Origin: Malacoraja senta
Taxonomy: Eukaryota
DNA: 47,749 bases
Reading direction: 5' to 3'
Assembly (NCBI GenBank): GCA_038087875.1
Contig: JAXLNO010000046.1
Span: forward strand, 126,001 to 173,749
Both the position numbers and the translations under genes were made by a program. How positions within the stretch are numbered: the first letter of the stretch is position 1; each line of letters begins with the position of its first letter. This document shows positions 36,225 through 47,749 of the stretch, one piece after another. Below the pieces are notes generated by a model. The model did not search any database. It worked only from the letters and a program-made list of their open reading frames with translations, and was not told where the DNA came from.

Positions 36225-36780
36225 AGTCACGGTCCCACAGCGCAGAAACTGGCCCCAGTCCAAATTATCCATGCCGATCAAGATGCCCCATCTAAGCTAG
36301 TCCCATTTGCTGATATTTGGCCCACATCCCTCTAAACCTTTCCTACCCATGTATCCATGCACCTGTCCAAGTGTCTTTTAAATGTTGTTACTGTACCTGC
36401 CTCAGCTACCTCCGCTGATAACTAAGTCCAAACACCACCATCATTCTGAGTGAAAAAGTTGCCCCCCAGAATCCTATTAAATCTTTCCCTTCTCACCTTA
36501 AACCTACATCCTCTGTTTTTTGATTCCCCTCCTCTCGATAAAAGACTATGCATTCACCCTATCTATTCCACTCATGATTTTATACACTTCTTGAAGATAA
36601 TCTCGAGCTAAAAGTCCTAGTTTACCTAATCTCTCCCGATAGCCCAGGTCCTCAAATCCTGGCTAAATCCTCACTAATCTCTGCCCTTGTTCCAATTTAA
36701 TGGCATCCTTCTTATAGTAGGGTGGCCAAAGCAGAACGCAATACTCCGAGTGCAGCCTCACCTGCGTCTTGTACAACTGA
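36225..36780 (-). mobile_element. HER1-like CR1 3' fragment, degraded
   Basis: Collinear with 45375-45945. Confidence 0.75.
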
Positions 36781-36797
36781 TTTAATTACACTATGAG

Positions 36798-36925
36798 TTT
36801 AAGAAGGAACTGCAGATGCTGGAAAATCAAAGGTAGACAAAAATTCTGGAGAAACTCAGCGAGGCAGCATCTATGGAGCGAAGGAAATAGGCGACGTTTT
36901 GGGTCGAGACACTTCTTCTGACACT
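36798..36925 (-). mobile_element. Penelope-derived terminal repeat with mutated hammerhead core
   Basis: aagaaggaactgcagatgctgg...ggcgacgttttgggtcgagacacttcttctg. Confidence 0.8.
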
Positions 36926-37003
36926 GACACCTTTTTGATCCATTTACATCAAAACTGTTGCTCACAATCTTAGATATTTCAATAGACCCCTCAACCACAT
37001 GCA

Positions 37004-37040
37004 TAGGGTTAGGGTTTGGGTTAGGGTTCGGGTTAGGGTT
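37004..37040 (+). repeat. Short interstitial telomere-like (TTAGGG)n tract
   Basis: tagggttagggtttgggttagggttcgggttagggtt. Confidence 0.8.
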
Positions 37041-39125
37041 GCATAGAACCATAGCAAGTACAGAGCCACTATCCCCACAGTATCTCAGGAGAAATTATTT
37101 TCAGCTGAATTACACATGGATTTATCTTATCGCAAAGTGCTTTCTGGTATGTGGTTACCCAGTGCAGGTTATCAAGTCTTCCCTCATAATTCATCCCTTG
37201 ACAGTCCATCACCTCCTTCTCAGGTCAACTTGCATCAAAGAATAAATGTGAGTGTTCCAGCACCGTTGGCCAGTTGATCAGTATAAATGATGCAGTTTGA
37301 CAGCCCCAGAGGTCAGCAGAGGAAGAGGACACGACTGGTTGTTTGTGTTTAGGGGAATGAGCTCAGCTCCTGAGAAACCACCTGCCTAGAAAGATCTTTT
37401 GATGCACATCACACACAGGATAAAGAAATACATGCAGATTTATTTAGAAGTACCGGGCCACAGTTAAGATGAGACAAGTTCAATATTAGGACTCCAGACA
37501 GATTGTACAAAGCATTTATTTTATCAGCAGAATAGGCTGCAGGCATGGCACCACATTCATCTAAGATGTAGCTAGATTCTAACATGGGAAGTTGTCGAGT
37601 TGGTCTGAAGGATGAGATCAAGTGGGGTGAACAAGAACAGAACTATTCTAATTATTTTGTGAATCTTACATCCAACAATAGCAAAGGTCAAACTGAAAAA
37701 CCAGCATCTGCAGTTCCTTCCTCAAACTGATCTACATGAATACTGGAGATGTTAAATATGTTGTTGAAAAGGAAGGGTTCTTTATTAGTACGGTTGTCAA
37801 GATTGGGAGGAGACAGGAGAATGGGGTCGAGGGAAAGATAGATCAGCCATGATTAAATGGCAGAGTAGACTCAATGGGCTGAATGGCCTAATTCTGCTCC
37901 CATGACATGAAAATAGCTGAAAGATGCACAAATTGCATTTATATAGTGCATATATCCTTTGTAATTAAAATTGTGATTTGTTTGAAATGCTAAATCCTGT
38001 TGATTAGCATATGCTGCAAGCATAGATGTTGGACTTCTCCTTGTGGAGCAGTAAGCTGTTACCCCCATAACCACTGCTGCAGCAGTTCCAGGAAGAGATG
38101 GAGATGCAGAGGAGACTCAGACAGAGGATTCTGAACCCACCCTGGCATCACCCTGACGGCCTTCTGACAGCCTGCACTGCCAAAGGCTTTTCATCTGATA
38201 CCAAGTGCCACTACTTACAGGAGCAGTTAAAGACCGGTAAAGGAATCATTAATTATTAAAAATTGAAAAAATAATACATTTAATTATTAACAATATGTGG
38301 TGAAAAGTAATTAAACATTAATATTAGATAAAATACAAGTAAGAGAAAGTTAGTTAAACCTTTGCCTTTTCCAATGACTCATTGTGCAGTCAATGTTGAC
38401 TCTGGCTGAGGGGCCAGGTCTGAAGTGCATGTGGGCCGTCAGCACAGGTGGATCCAGGACCAGACTGGGAGCCAGAGGTGAGAGGGGGAGTCAGGTGTGT
38501 TGGTGCCTGACCTACAGTGTGGTTCAGTCTACACCGCATGGCACAGACATGGAGATATGGATTCCATTGTTCCATGAGGAACATAACATTGGTGGTGCTG
38601 AACAGCTGGCATAAGATGAGTACTTTTCAGGCCATTAACTGATATTAATATTAATAGAAATATGTTTGTGCAACTTCAATTTAAATTCACAGATGATTTG
38701 ATTAAGCAACTTTGAATAAAGATTAGCAGACAGCACATCTGATTTCAGGCTGTCATCTTGTTTTGTTATGGATGTAATTTCCTATAATTTAGAATAGAAT
38801 ATAAAGGGAGGGAAGCCAATTATTGTCACTAATATCAGATAAATTCCCAGGTAAAATGGAGTATCCTTCAACTGACCTAACGATGCCCCTGTTCTAACAA
38901 TTACAATCTTACAGTCTGGTGCCACTAATTATTCTGTTCCAGCAAGTTATGCTGCTTTAAATTATGTTTTTCTTTCATCCATCAATAAGCAATACTGAGG
39001 CTGATTTGCAAGTATAATGTAACATTTTTATAATGGAGTCAAATCAGTCACGGTAATGGTGTCCTAGACATTGGGCACTGCACCAGCATGAGAACTAATC
39101 CACCCAAAGAATAACATTGCTGAAA

Positions 39126-39339
39126 CGGACACAAAGTGCTGGAGTAATTCAGCGAGTGAGGCAGAACACAGATAAATTACATTTGGGTCGGGACTCTTCT
39201 TCAGACTCTTCTTCAGACAGTCTGAAGAAGGATCACAATTCAAAACATCACCTATCCGTGTTCTGCCTGACCCGCTGAGTTATTCCAGCACTTTGTGTCC
39301 TTTTCAGTAAACCAGCATCTGCAGTTCCTTGTTTCTACA
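39126..39339. mobile_element. Older Penelope-derived hairpin element
   Basis: Arms ggacacaaagtgctggagtaattcagcg / cgctgagttattccagcactttgtgtcc; centre cttcttcagac-a-gtctgaagaag. Confidence 0.8.
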
Positions 39340-39544
39340 ATAAAATTGCTGAGCCAGCCTATAAATGTTTGCACTGAAGAACTGAATCCAGATTTTTGTT
39401 CCGCAGAGCTCTAATTTAAAGACAATGGTCTCGTTGGACAACCACACCATGAAACAGAGCCAAGCACATTTGGAAGTTCTTAAATCCAACTTCCAGTGAG
39501 AGGAAAGTCAGAATAGTTCCCATTCCTAACTACCATCCAGGGAT

Positions 39545-39810
39545 AGAGTCATAGACATAGTCATAGACTCACATACAGTGTGGAAACAGGCCATTTGGCC
39601 CAACTTGCCCACCCTCACCAACATGTCCCATTTACACACGACCCACCTGCCTGTGTTTGACCCATATATCTCTAAACCTGTCCTATCCATTTACCTGTCT
39701 AATTGCTTCATAAATGTTGCAATAGTCCCTGCCTCAACTACCTCCTCCGGCAGCTCATTCCATACACCCACCACCCTTTGCGTGAAAAGGTTACCCCTCA
39801 GATTCCTATA
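39545..39810 (-). mobile_element. HER1-like CR1 3' fragment
   Basis: Collinear with 45375-45610. Confidence 0.8.
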
Positions 39811-41092
39811 AGATCTGTGCCATAAATCAGGTTGCTAATCCACCCAGATTATGCTGGAGGTTCCTGGCAAGAAAAATTAAACTTGTTGATACTGCCATGA
39901 ACAACCTTGGAGAGAGAGTGAATAACATTTCTTCCAAGACATTTATTTGGTTGTGACAAAATGTTGGGAATTCATTGAAAGAGCTGTCTAACTGGTTGAG
40001 CCAGATGGATATAGGAAACTTCACGATTTGGACATCACTAGCTGGAAGGACTATGTGTCAGCAGGTCCTATGGGGAATTGCCGTGGTGATCAGGACTCAA
40101 TACCTTGGTTCACAAAATGTGTAGGAAGGAAGTCCCGAGATGCTGCCTGTGGTGCTGAGTTGCTGCAGCATTTTGTGTCTACCTTGTCTCACAAACAAGG
40201 AAGACCTTTGGGGCAAGACACTGAAGACCAAACATCATTACTAGCACTGATCCCAACACAGGAATCAGATTGGGGGGTTGATGAGGACAACAATATTTAT
40301 AAAAAAATTATGATAAAAATCAATTTGGTCCCTTTGCATTCTCATTAAGTAATGACAAATATTTATACTTTACTTCTCCTGCATTCAGCGTAAAAGTTTG
40401 GTTGCAAGACACTCTCTATTTCTACTTTGTTATCTGTAATGACTTTGTATCTGCACTAATAACATTCTAATGTTTCAAAAGTGCACGTTTCAGCTGAAAC
40501 TCCTCGATGTTTCTGTGTAGCCAGGGTGAAAAATGTAGCAGACAAGGTATAAAAAGAATTGCCTTGCCAGTTAAGGACATGTGGAGATTTAAATGAAATT
40601 TGGTGTCAAAGCTGATTAATTTCCCCATTGGTACACATCTTCCATGCATTGAAATCTGTTTCCCACTGTCACACTAATTGAAATCCGTTAATTTTAATGA
40701 CTTTGTCTCTCACCACACCTTGCTGCCAATAAACCAGGTGTGACAGGTAAATGTACCTGAACATATTACTACTGCAACAAGGAAAGATCAATTGAAGCTC
40801 CCATGATCTTGTTCAGCAGATAATAAGAGACAGATGTGGTGAGGTGCAGCATTTGATGCTCTGGTTATACTAGCTGTGACCAGATTGCAGGGAATTCCTG
40901 ACATGTCGTGTGAATATAAAATCATCCATTCAGGCATCTATGGTAACCTTTTTACCTCTTCTTGCATGTTTAGTAAGATCTTCCCAGCACTAACTTCATT
41001 AAGGTAAAGTGGCCATACTGGGATCATGGATATCCCTGCCTTCAGTTCTTCACACAGCAAGGTGATTCACCAAACAGACAAGAGCTTACATT

Positions 41093-41393
41093 GGGCGGCA
41101 TGGTGGCACAGCGGTAGAGTTGCCCGGAGACCCGGATTCCATCCTGACTACGGGTGCTGTCTGGATGGAGTTTGTACGTTCTCCAACGTGACCACGGGGT
41201 TTTCTCCGGGTGCTCCGGTTTCCTCCCACACTCCAAAGACGTGCAGGTTTGTAGAATAATGGGCTTCTGTACATTGTAAATTGTCCCCAGTGTGTAGGAT
41301 AGTGTTAGTGTGCGAGTTAATTGCTGGTAGGCACAGACTTGGTGGGCCGAAGGGCCTGTTTCCACGCTGTATCTGTAAAGTCTAAAGCTAAAA
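41093..41393 (+). mobile_element. V-SINE (HE1-like), nearly full length
   Basis: gggcggcatggtggcacagcggtagagttg head, V domain and tail gggccgaagggcctgtttccacgctgtatct. Confidence 0.9.
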
Positions 41394-42039
41394 TCACGAC
41401 GACAGGTTGTGAATGACCTGGTGATGCTCACTATCAGAATTGGCAGGAGATCCAGAACACAACACCTTTCCAGTTAATGTCATAATTAGTCTTATTCTCA
41501 ACAAGAACTGTACCCGCTATGAGCGCAGGAGGTTCTGAGAAACAACAGGTCAATGGAGCCTCATCTTCCAAATATCAGACCCACAATAACAGCCCCCTCT
41601 GACAACATGGTGGAATGTTCTCATCTTCACTTGCCAAGCAGCTCAGTGCCTTGCCATTCACAGTGGCTCTTTGACAGGGCATCTTATTTACCATCCTGAG
41701 TGTTTATTCTCTCCATCACTGTTGCAGTTTCTGCAGTTTGTCCAAATTCACAATTGATCCCCAAGGCACTGTGGCCAAGAGTTGTGCACGTTCTCCAGTA
41801 TAGTGTGATTGGGAAATGTAGGCTGGTCCTCCATTGTCCCAGGTGAGATCAGTAAAGCCTGTGGCATCACCACACTGTGGGAGTATTTTCATCACATGGA
41901 CTGTACAGGTTACAGTGGATGGCTCACCACCAGGTTATAAAAAGAAACATCCCATGGTCAGAGATCCCATCCTGGAACTCAATGCTTAACCTGCCTCATA
42001 ACAGCCTATCACCAGTTGACAGCCAGCTGGGTCAACAGA

Positions 42040-42795
42040 TTAGTTTAGTTTAGAGATACAGCACAGAAACAGGTCCTTTGGCCCACTGAGTCTGCACTGA
42101 CCAGTGATGAACAAATGGAGTGACTGGGCTTATATTCACTGGAATTTAGGTGAGAGGAGATCTTATAGAAACATATAAAAATTTTAAGGGATTGTACAGG
42201 CTAGAGGCAGGAAACACATTCCCGATGTTGGGGGAGTCCAGAAATAGAGGGCCACAGTTTAAGAATAAGGGGTAGGCCATTTAGAACTGAGATGAGGAAA
42301 AGTTTTTTCACACAGAGAGTTGTGAATTTGTGGAATTCTCTGCCTCAGAAGGTAATGGAGGCTGATTCACTGGATGCATTCAGAAGAGAGTTAGATAGAG
42401 CTCTTAGGGCTAGCGGAATCAAGGGATATGGGGAGAAGGCAGGAACGGGGTACTGATTGTGGATGATCAGCCATGACCACATTGAATGGCGGTGCTGGCT
42501 CGAAGGGCCAAATGGCCTACTCCTGCACCTATTGTCTATGTATTTATGATCCCCGCACACTAACACTATCTTACACACACTAGGGACAATTTGCACTTAT
42601 ACCGAGCCAATTTTACCTACATACCTGCACGTCTTTTGAGTGTGGGAGGAAACCGAAGTTTTCAGAGAAAACCCACGCGGTCACGGGGAGAACGTACAAA
42701 CTCCATACAGACAGCACCTGTAGTCGGGACCGAACCCGGGTCTCCGACGCTGCAAGCACTGTAAGACAGCAACTCCACCGCTGCCCCACCGTGCC
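42040..42795 (-). mobile_element. V-SINE (HE1-like) split by a CR1 insertion
   Basis: Tail half at 42040-42108 and head half at 42547-42795 rejoin collinearly with 15356-15676. Confidence 0.9.
42109..42546 (+). mobile_element. 5'-truncated CR1 nested in the SINE
   Basis: LGLYSLEFR..RGDLIETYKI...GYGEKAGTGY* plus UTR; tgat on both sides. Confidence 0.92.
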
Positions 42796-43582
42796 GCTCA
42801 TAAGCAGTTCCGCACATTAGCAGTGATTTATTGTGGAAGAGTCCCGCGGCAGATGCCAAAAGAGCATGACAATTTGTGCAGACAATCTGAGAGGTATAAA
42901 CAAAAATACCAGAAACACAATTCTAATTATCTAATTATACAATACATTTATTTTATGGCCAGGTGTGAAAAATTGTGTTGAAGTTTTGAGAAACAAAATC
43001 TGAAGATGTTCCACTGACATGTCATCTTGCTGCAGGTAAATAGTTCTGATAAGATGGTAAATGAATAGATGCTCTACAACTTGTTTCAACAGTGGAGCAA
43101 CATGTTAGATAATTATCAGCAGCTTCCATTAGCACTGTCCAATGTTATATTAAAATGTGACAAACATATTTGATTCATTAAATTACATATGGCCAAGGAG
43201 AATATCACACGTTTTACTAGCCAATTAAGTACACATCTTAGCAATGTCAGAATATCATTAAGGAGGGGGTTCATTATTTTCTATTTTAATTAAGAAATGA
43301 GAAACTGCATCATTTACTGCAGATGCTTGATGCTTGTGCACAGAAAATAAATCAGAATGAAGGAGAATAAATGGGGAAAGTGGAAGCAGTGCTTTATTTC
43401 TGGAGGTAGATTTTGCCAATTTATGCTTTCAGTTTTCAGTCATGAATTTGGGGAATGTGTTCCAGAAGCCCACATTTGGACATTCCTCACAAATGTTCTG
43501 ACTTTCATAAATGGCCTAAATGAACAAAAGGTAATGTACAAATGGAAATAACCACCATGTAGTCATTAATACCTGATGAAAG

Positions 43583-43671
43583 GAGACACAAAATGCTGGA
43601 GTAACTCAGCGGGACAGGTAGCATCTCTGGAGAGAAGGAATAGGTGACGTTTCGGGTCGAGACCCTTCTTC
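43583..43671 (-). mobile_element. Penelope-derived terminal repeat truncated inside the hammerhead core
   Basis: ggtgacgtttcgggtcgagacccttcttc, after which similarity stops. Confidence 0.85.
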
Positions 43672-44021
43672 CTCATTGATGAAGCTGAAGATGGTTCAAC
43701 CTCGGCCACTGCCCTTTAACAAAGAATTGGGATTAAGATGATCATCCTATCCCATGTTGCTGGGGCTGAGTGGCCTACTCCACCTAATTTCTCCTGTTGT
43801 TACAAGAGAGAATATGGATGGCAGGCCATGTTGGGTTGGGTGAAGATGGGTGAGAGGAGGCATATTTGAGACATGAGTGCCACCACAGAGTAGAGGGGCT
43901 GAATGGCCCATTTTAATGCTGTAGCCTCAAAGTAACGTCCATGCCTACAATAGATTACCATTGCTCCTGGTGATCTTTATTCTAATCTCACTCACTGTGC
44001 TTTGGGAGGCCAGGACATAAT

Positions 44022-44150
44022 AGAAGAAGGGTCTCGACCCGAAACATCATCCATTCCTTCTCTCTAGAGAAGCTGCCCGTCCCGCTGAGTTACTCCAGTA
44101 TTTTGTGTCTATCTTCGGTTTAAACCAGAATCTGCAGTTCCTTCTTACAC
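44022..44150 (+). mobile_element. Penelope-derived terminal repeat truncated inside the hammerhead core
   Basis: gaagaagggtctcgacccgaaacatc...ctgcagttccttcttacac; acataat on both flanks. Confidence 0.85.
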
Positions 44151-45374
44151 ATAATTGATAGAGAATAGTTTAACATTCTGGTTCCAGCAAGCTGTGCAGT
44201 TTCTGCAGATTAGGCAGCCTGGGTCAGACTGACATATTTATCTTGCAAACCACTTGCTTACGGGGAGAAAATTCAATTCAAATTACCTGCTGACACACTA
44301 GTCTCGTTACGTCACCTTTAGCTCAATAGTCCCATCAATATACTCAGCAGCTCAAGTCCATTGTACTCAATGGAATATTTTGAAAGCACCTCATTAAATA
44401 ACACCACGGTTTGCTCCAACACTGCATTCGAGAATTTCGTGAATGCAGCAATTTTAGCTTTATTTTAGTTTAAAGTTGCATTGACTGTAACCTTGTTATC
44501 ACCGGCGATTTCCAAAACTACATCTCTGTATCCTCACATATTTCTGATTTCCTCGTTCAATGTCTACTGTGAAATATACAGCAAACAGGCATCCACTGCC
44601 ATTCACTGTCCCACTGAACTATGGAGAAAGCAGGAGAATGGGGTTAGGAGGGAGAGATTGATCAGCTATGATTGAATGGCGGAGTAGACTCTGATAGGTC
44701 AAATGGCCTAATTGGAGACTCCAGCATCTGCAGTCTCTTGTGTCACCACTGGGAAGAGATTAGATTGTTCAGCATCACAGAGTCATTCTGTTTAGGTTGG
44801 CTTAAACCAGTTGGAAAAAGATCTGACTGTTCCTGACATTATGTCTAATCTAATTAATATATATATATATTTTAAATTACTCAGGTTATTTCAATAATAA
44901 ACTTAGTTTACATGAAGACACTTAATCCAAAACATGAAACAATAATTAATTCAAAAGGATGTCAACGACCTTACATTTACCCTGTCCCTGCAGCCATTAC
45001 ACTCCATACAAATGACTGGACTCATTATCCTGCGCTGGACTTAACCTCGTGCCCATTCACCAGAACGTTCCCAGCCCAGCAGTGGACAGCTCCAGCTCTC
45101 CGTACTCTGCTGAGAACCATTGGTATTTTACACCAAGTTGCTGCTCAGTAACGCACCATCTGCCTACTCCAATTGGAATGCATGCATTGATGGGCCGAAT
45201 GGCCTAATTCTGTTCCTATAACTTACAATGTCTGCACGTTTCATAATCTTACTCTAAATCCCGATTGGGTGGCATGTGTGTGATGAATGAATGTAAACGT
45301 TTGTCTTGCTATCATCTCCTATATGCATAACTTCCCACGTTCCAAAGGTTTGCCTTTGATATTTATCTTGGAGA

Positions 45375-46147
45375 GAGTCATAGTGTCAGAGTGATACGGT
45401 GTGGAAACAGGCCCTTTGGCCCAACTTGCCCACACTGGCCAACAATGTCCCAGCTACACTAGTCCCATTTGCCTGCGCTTGGTCAATATCCCTCCAAATG
45501 TGTCCTATCCATGTACCTGTCTAACCATTTTTTAAACGATGGGATAGTCCCAGCCTCAACTACCTCCTCTGGCAGCTTGTTCCATACACCCACCACCCTC
45601 TGTGTGAAAACTTGTGTTAAATCGTTCTCCCTTCACCTTGAACCTATGTCCTCTGGTCCTCGATTCCCCTACTCTGGGCAAAAGACTCTGTGCATCTACC
45701 CGATCTATTCCTCTCATGGTTTTGTATATCTTGCTAAGATCTCCCCTTATCCTCCTACGCTCCATGGAATAGAGACCCAGCCTACTCAACCTCTCCCTAT
45801 AGCTCACACCTTCTAGTCCTGGCAACATCCTTGTAAATCTTTTCTGAACCCTTTCAAGTTTGACAATATATTTCCCATAACATGGTGTCCAGAACTGAAC
45901 ACAATATTCTAAATGCGGTCTCACCAACGTCTTATACAACTGCAACATGACTTCCCAACATCTATACTCAATACTCTGACTGATGAAGGCCAATGTGACA
46001 AAAGCCTTTTTGACCACCTGCGACTCGACCTTCAAGGAACCATGCACCTGTACTCCTAGATCCCTCTTCTCTACAACACTACCCAGAGGCCTACCGTTTA
46101 CTGTGTAGGTCCTGCCCTTGTTCGATGTCCCAAAATGCAACACCTTG
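45375..46147 (-). mobile_element. HER1-like CR1 LINE 3' 0.77 kb
   Basis: LHFGTSNKGRTYTVNGRPLGSVVEKRDLGVQVH...LYKTLVRPHLEYCVQFW...LERVQKRFTRMLPGL; tail shared with the HE1-like SINEs. Confidence 0.92.
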
Positions 46148-46537
46148 TCATGATAAAATGTTCATTCATTTATCTTAATTATCTAAAGTTATTGGTTCAA
46201 AATTCAGTTTGATTTGTTGAAGTCATCATCCAATTAGCGATCAATTAATAAGATATTTTGTACTGTGGCTTGGGGTTCTCCAGCGACTGGGACCGAGAGG
46301 AACAACTCTCTTCAGACAGTTGCCCCAGACGTTGGGTAACATGGTGAACCAAGCCCATCCATGTCTGTGACTCGGTGAGTCTGAGAAACCAAAACTGTGA
46401 CATCCCCTGTAAATTACGGAGCTGACGGACTGCAGCCGGAGAAAGTAAGAAGGAACTGTCTCTAAGGATGGACCCTGGACATAAATAGCTGCCGCCTGCC
46501 CACTTGTGTGGATACAAGCAGCCTGGGTGGACTAAAT

Positions 46538-46630
46538 GTGCAGGAAAGAACTGCAGGTGCTGGTTTAAATCGAAGATAGACATAAAATGCTGGAGTAACT
46601 CAGTGGGACAGGTAGCATCTCTGGAGAGAG
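46538..46630 (-). mobile_element. Penelope-derived terminal repeat fragment
   Basis: aggaaagaactgcaggtgctggtttaaatcgaagatagacataaaatgctggagtaactcag. Confidence 0.8.
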
Positions 46631-47175
46631 CCTGGAAGACAACCTGTGCTTCTCCATCATCATAGAATATTCACTGCTCTCTCAGAAACGCAGTGAGTAA
46701 CTGGAGAGCGATTTTCTCAATCCTTGCTGACAGGTGGTTACAAAGATGAGTAATAGCAGCGGGCATTGGAAAGGCTCAAACGCTAAACTTGGAATTCAGG
46801 CTCCCCTACCGTGCGTTAAAAATAACTGGGATTAGCGACAGATGTAGATGTTAAGGTCCACGTTGACAAGATCTCTTTATCTAACATCGCTGAACAAACT
46901 GCTCAGCAGAGACCTTCTCTCTCCCAGTCTGAACCTGACAAATATTTGAATGTTCATTGTGCCTGGCATCATTGCAGATGGAGGAGAATTATATGATGTT
47001 TGGCATTGCATTGTTTCAGGATGAAGAGTCTCAGGGCTTGGTGCATATTCTGCACTGAATACTATAAACACAAACTGATCAGAATTTACATAAGAAGGTG
47101 AACTTCTCACTGAGAGTGTGTTTGCACTTACTTCAGTCTCTGAAGATTCAAATAATATTGATTCAAGTTATGTAG

Positions 47176-47401
47176 TGTAGCGGCACCTGGTGGTAGATTG
47201 GGGCAGCACAAACCCAACTTGGCTGGCGCGGTCATGTGATGGCGGGAGTGTTTTCGCGGGCTTTTGTATACATCCATTCAAGCTCCACCCTGTTAGAAGG
47301 AGCTTCATATTTTTGGCTGCTCCGAACGCGTTTGAGTAAATCGCTTTATTGTCGTTCAAAATAAAGAATCTTACTTTACTCAATCGAATCGACTCGCCAA
47401 A
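47176..47401 (+). mobile_element. 5' LTR of a Ty3/Gypsy retrotransposon
   Basis: Starts TGTAGCG, has AATAAA at 47360, ends CGCCAAA (imperfect inverted repeat of the start) and is immediately followed by a PBS; abrupt CpG enrichment. Confidence 0.8.
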
Positions 47402-47402
47402 G

Positions 47403-47413
47403 TGGTGACCCCG
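47403..47413 (+). promoter_or_regulatory. Primer binding site complementary to the tRNA-Trp 3' end
   Basis: TGGTGACCCCG pairs with ...CGGGGUCACCA-3'. Confidence 0.85.
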
Positions 47414-47443
47414 TCAGTCCGGTCGTTTATTCGGACTTCGATC

Positions 47444-47749
47444 ATGCAAGCCGCCGTTAACCCCAACGTCCAGCTTCCCCAGCAAAACGCCGTGGGCCTG
47501 AAACTGCCCGTTTTCTGGGCGGAGCAGCCTCAAGTGTGGTTCACCCACATTGAGGCCCAATTCCAACTCAGAAATATCGTCACGGACACCACCCGATATT
47601 TCTACGCGGTCGGGGCGCTCAGCCAAGAGACAGCCACCCGGTTGCTGCCCTACCTGCAGGATCCTCCAGCATTCGGCAAGTACGAGGGCCTCAAGGCCCT
47701 GCTGCTCCGCACTTTTGGGCTCAGCCGCCGCGATCGCGCCGCCCGCCTG
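47444..47749 (+). CDS. Gypsy Gag N-terminus (partial, open to the window end)
   Basis: MQAAVNPNVQLPQQNAVGLKLPVFWAEQPQVWFTHIEAQFQLRNIVTDTTRYFYAVGALSQETATRLLPYLQDPPAFGKYEGLKALLLRTFGLSRRDRAARL; KLPxFW..P..WF...EAQF Gag motif; 102 codons without a stop. Confidence 0.9.
   Translation, partial: MQAAVNPNVQLPQQNAVGLKLPVFWAEQPQVWFTHIEAQFQLRNIVTDTTRYFYAVGALSQETATRLLPYLQDPPAFGKYEGLKALLLRTFGLSRRDRAARL

Noticed and set aside
33016..47175. Expected upstream SEMA6B exon (SRVARVCKND...WTSFLKARLNCS)
   Set aside because: Not found by eye on the minus strand, so it probably lies beyond the window; a tblastn search would confirm.
47414..47626. 70-aa minus-strand ORF
   Set aside because: Antisense shadow of the Gypsy gag.

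Overview
Vertebrate genomic DNA, very likely a cartilaginous fish (skate/ray-like, judged from HE1/V-SINEs, HER1/CR1 LINEs and Penelope remnants). The backbone is the 3' half of a semaphorin-6B (SEMA6B) gene on the minus strand. Seven coding exons were found by hand translation, none of them shown correctly by the ORF track: 32884-33015, 25762-25911, 21981-22160, 15754-15894, 12824-12901, 10098-10156 and the terminal exon <1-913. All have GT-AG ends and compatible phases, and together they encode the C-terminal part of the Sema domain, the PSI domain, the transmembrane helix and the cytoplasmic tail. The next upstream exon was not found, so 33016-47749 appears to be one intron. The introns are packed with CR1 LINEs of several subfamilies, tRNA-derived V-SINEs, Rex1/Babar fragments, Penelope RT and GIY-YIG fragments, many short Penelope-derived repeats carrying a minimal hammerhead-ribozyme motif, several minisatellites and a short telomere-like tract. 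The 5' LTR, PBS and gag start of a young Gypsy element lie at the right edge. The best leads are the hammerhead-bearing hairpin family, a candidate extra in-frame stalk exon (4912-5016), SEMA6A-like motifs in the SEMA6B tail and inverted CR1 copies flanking the PSI exons. All family assignments come from recalled motifs, not database searches.
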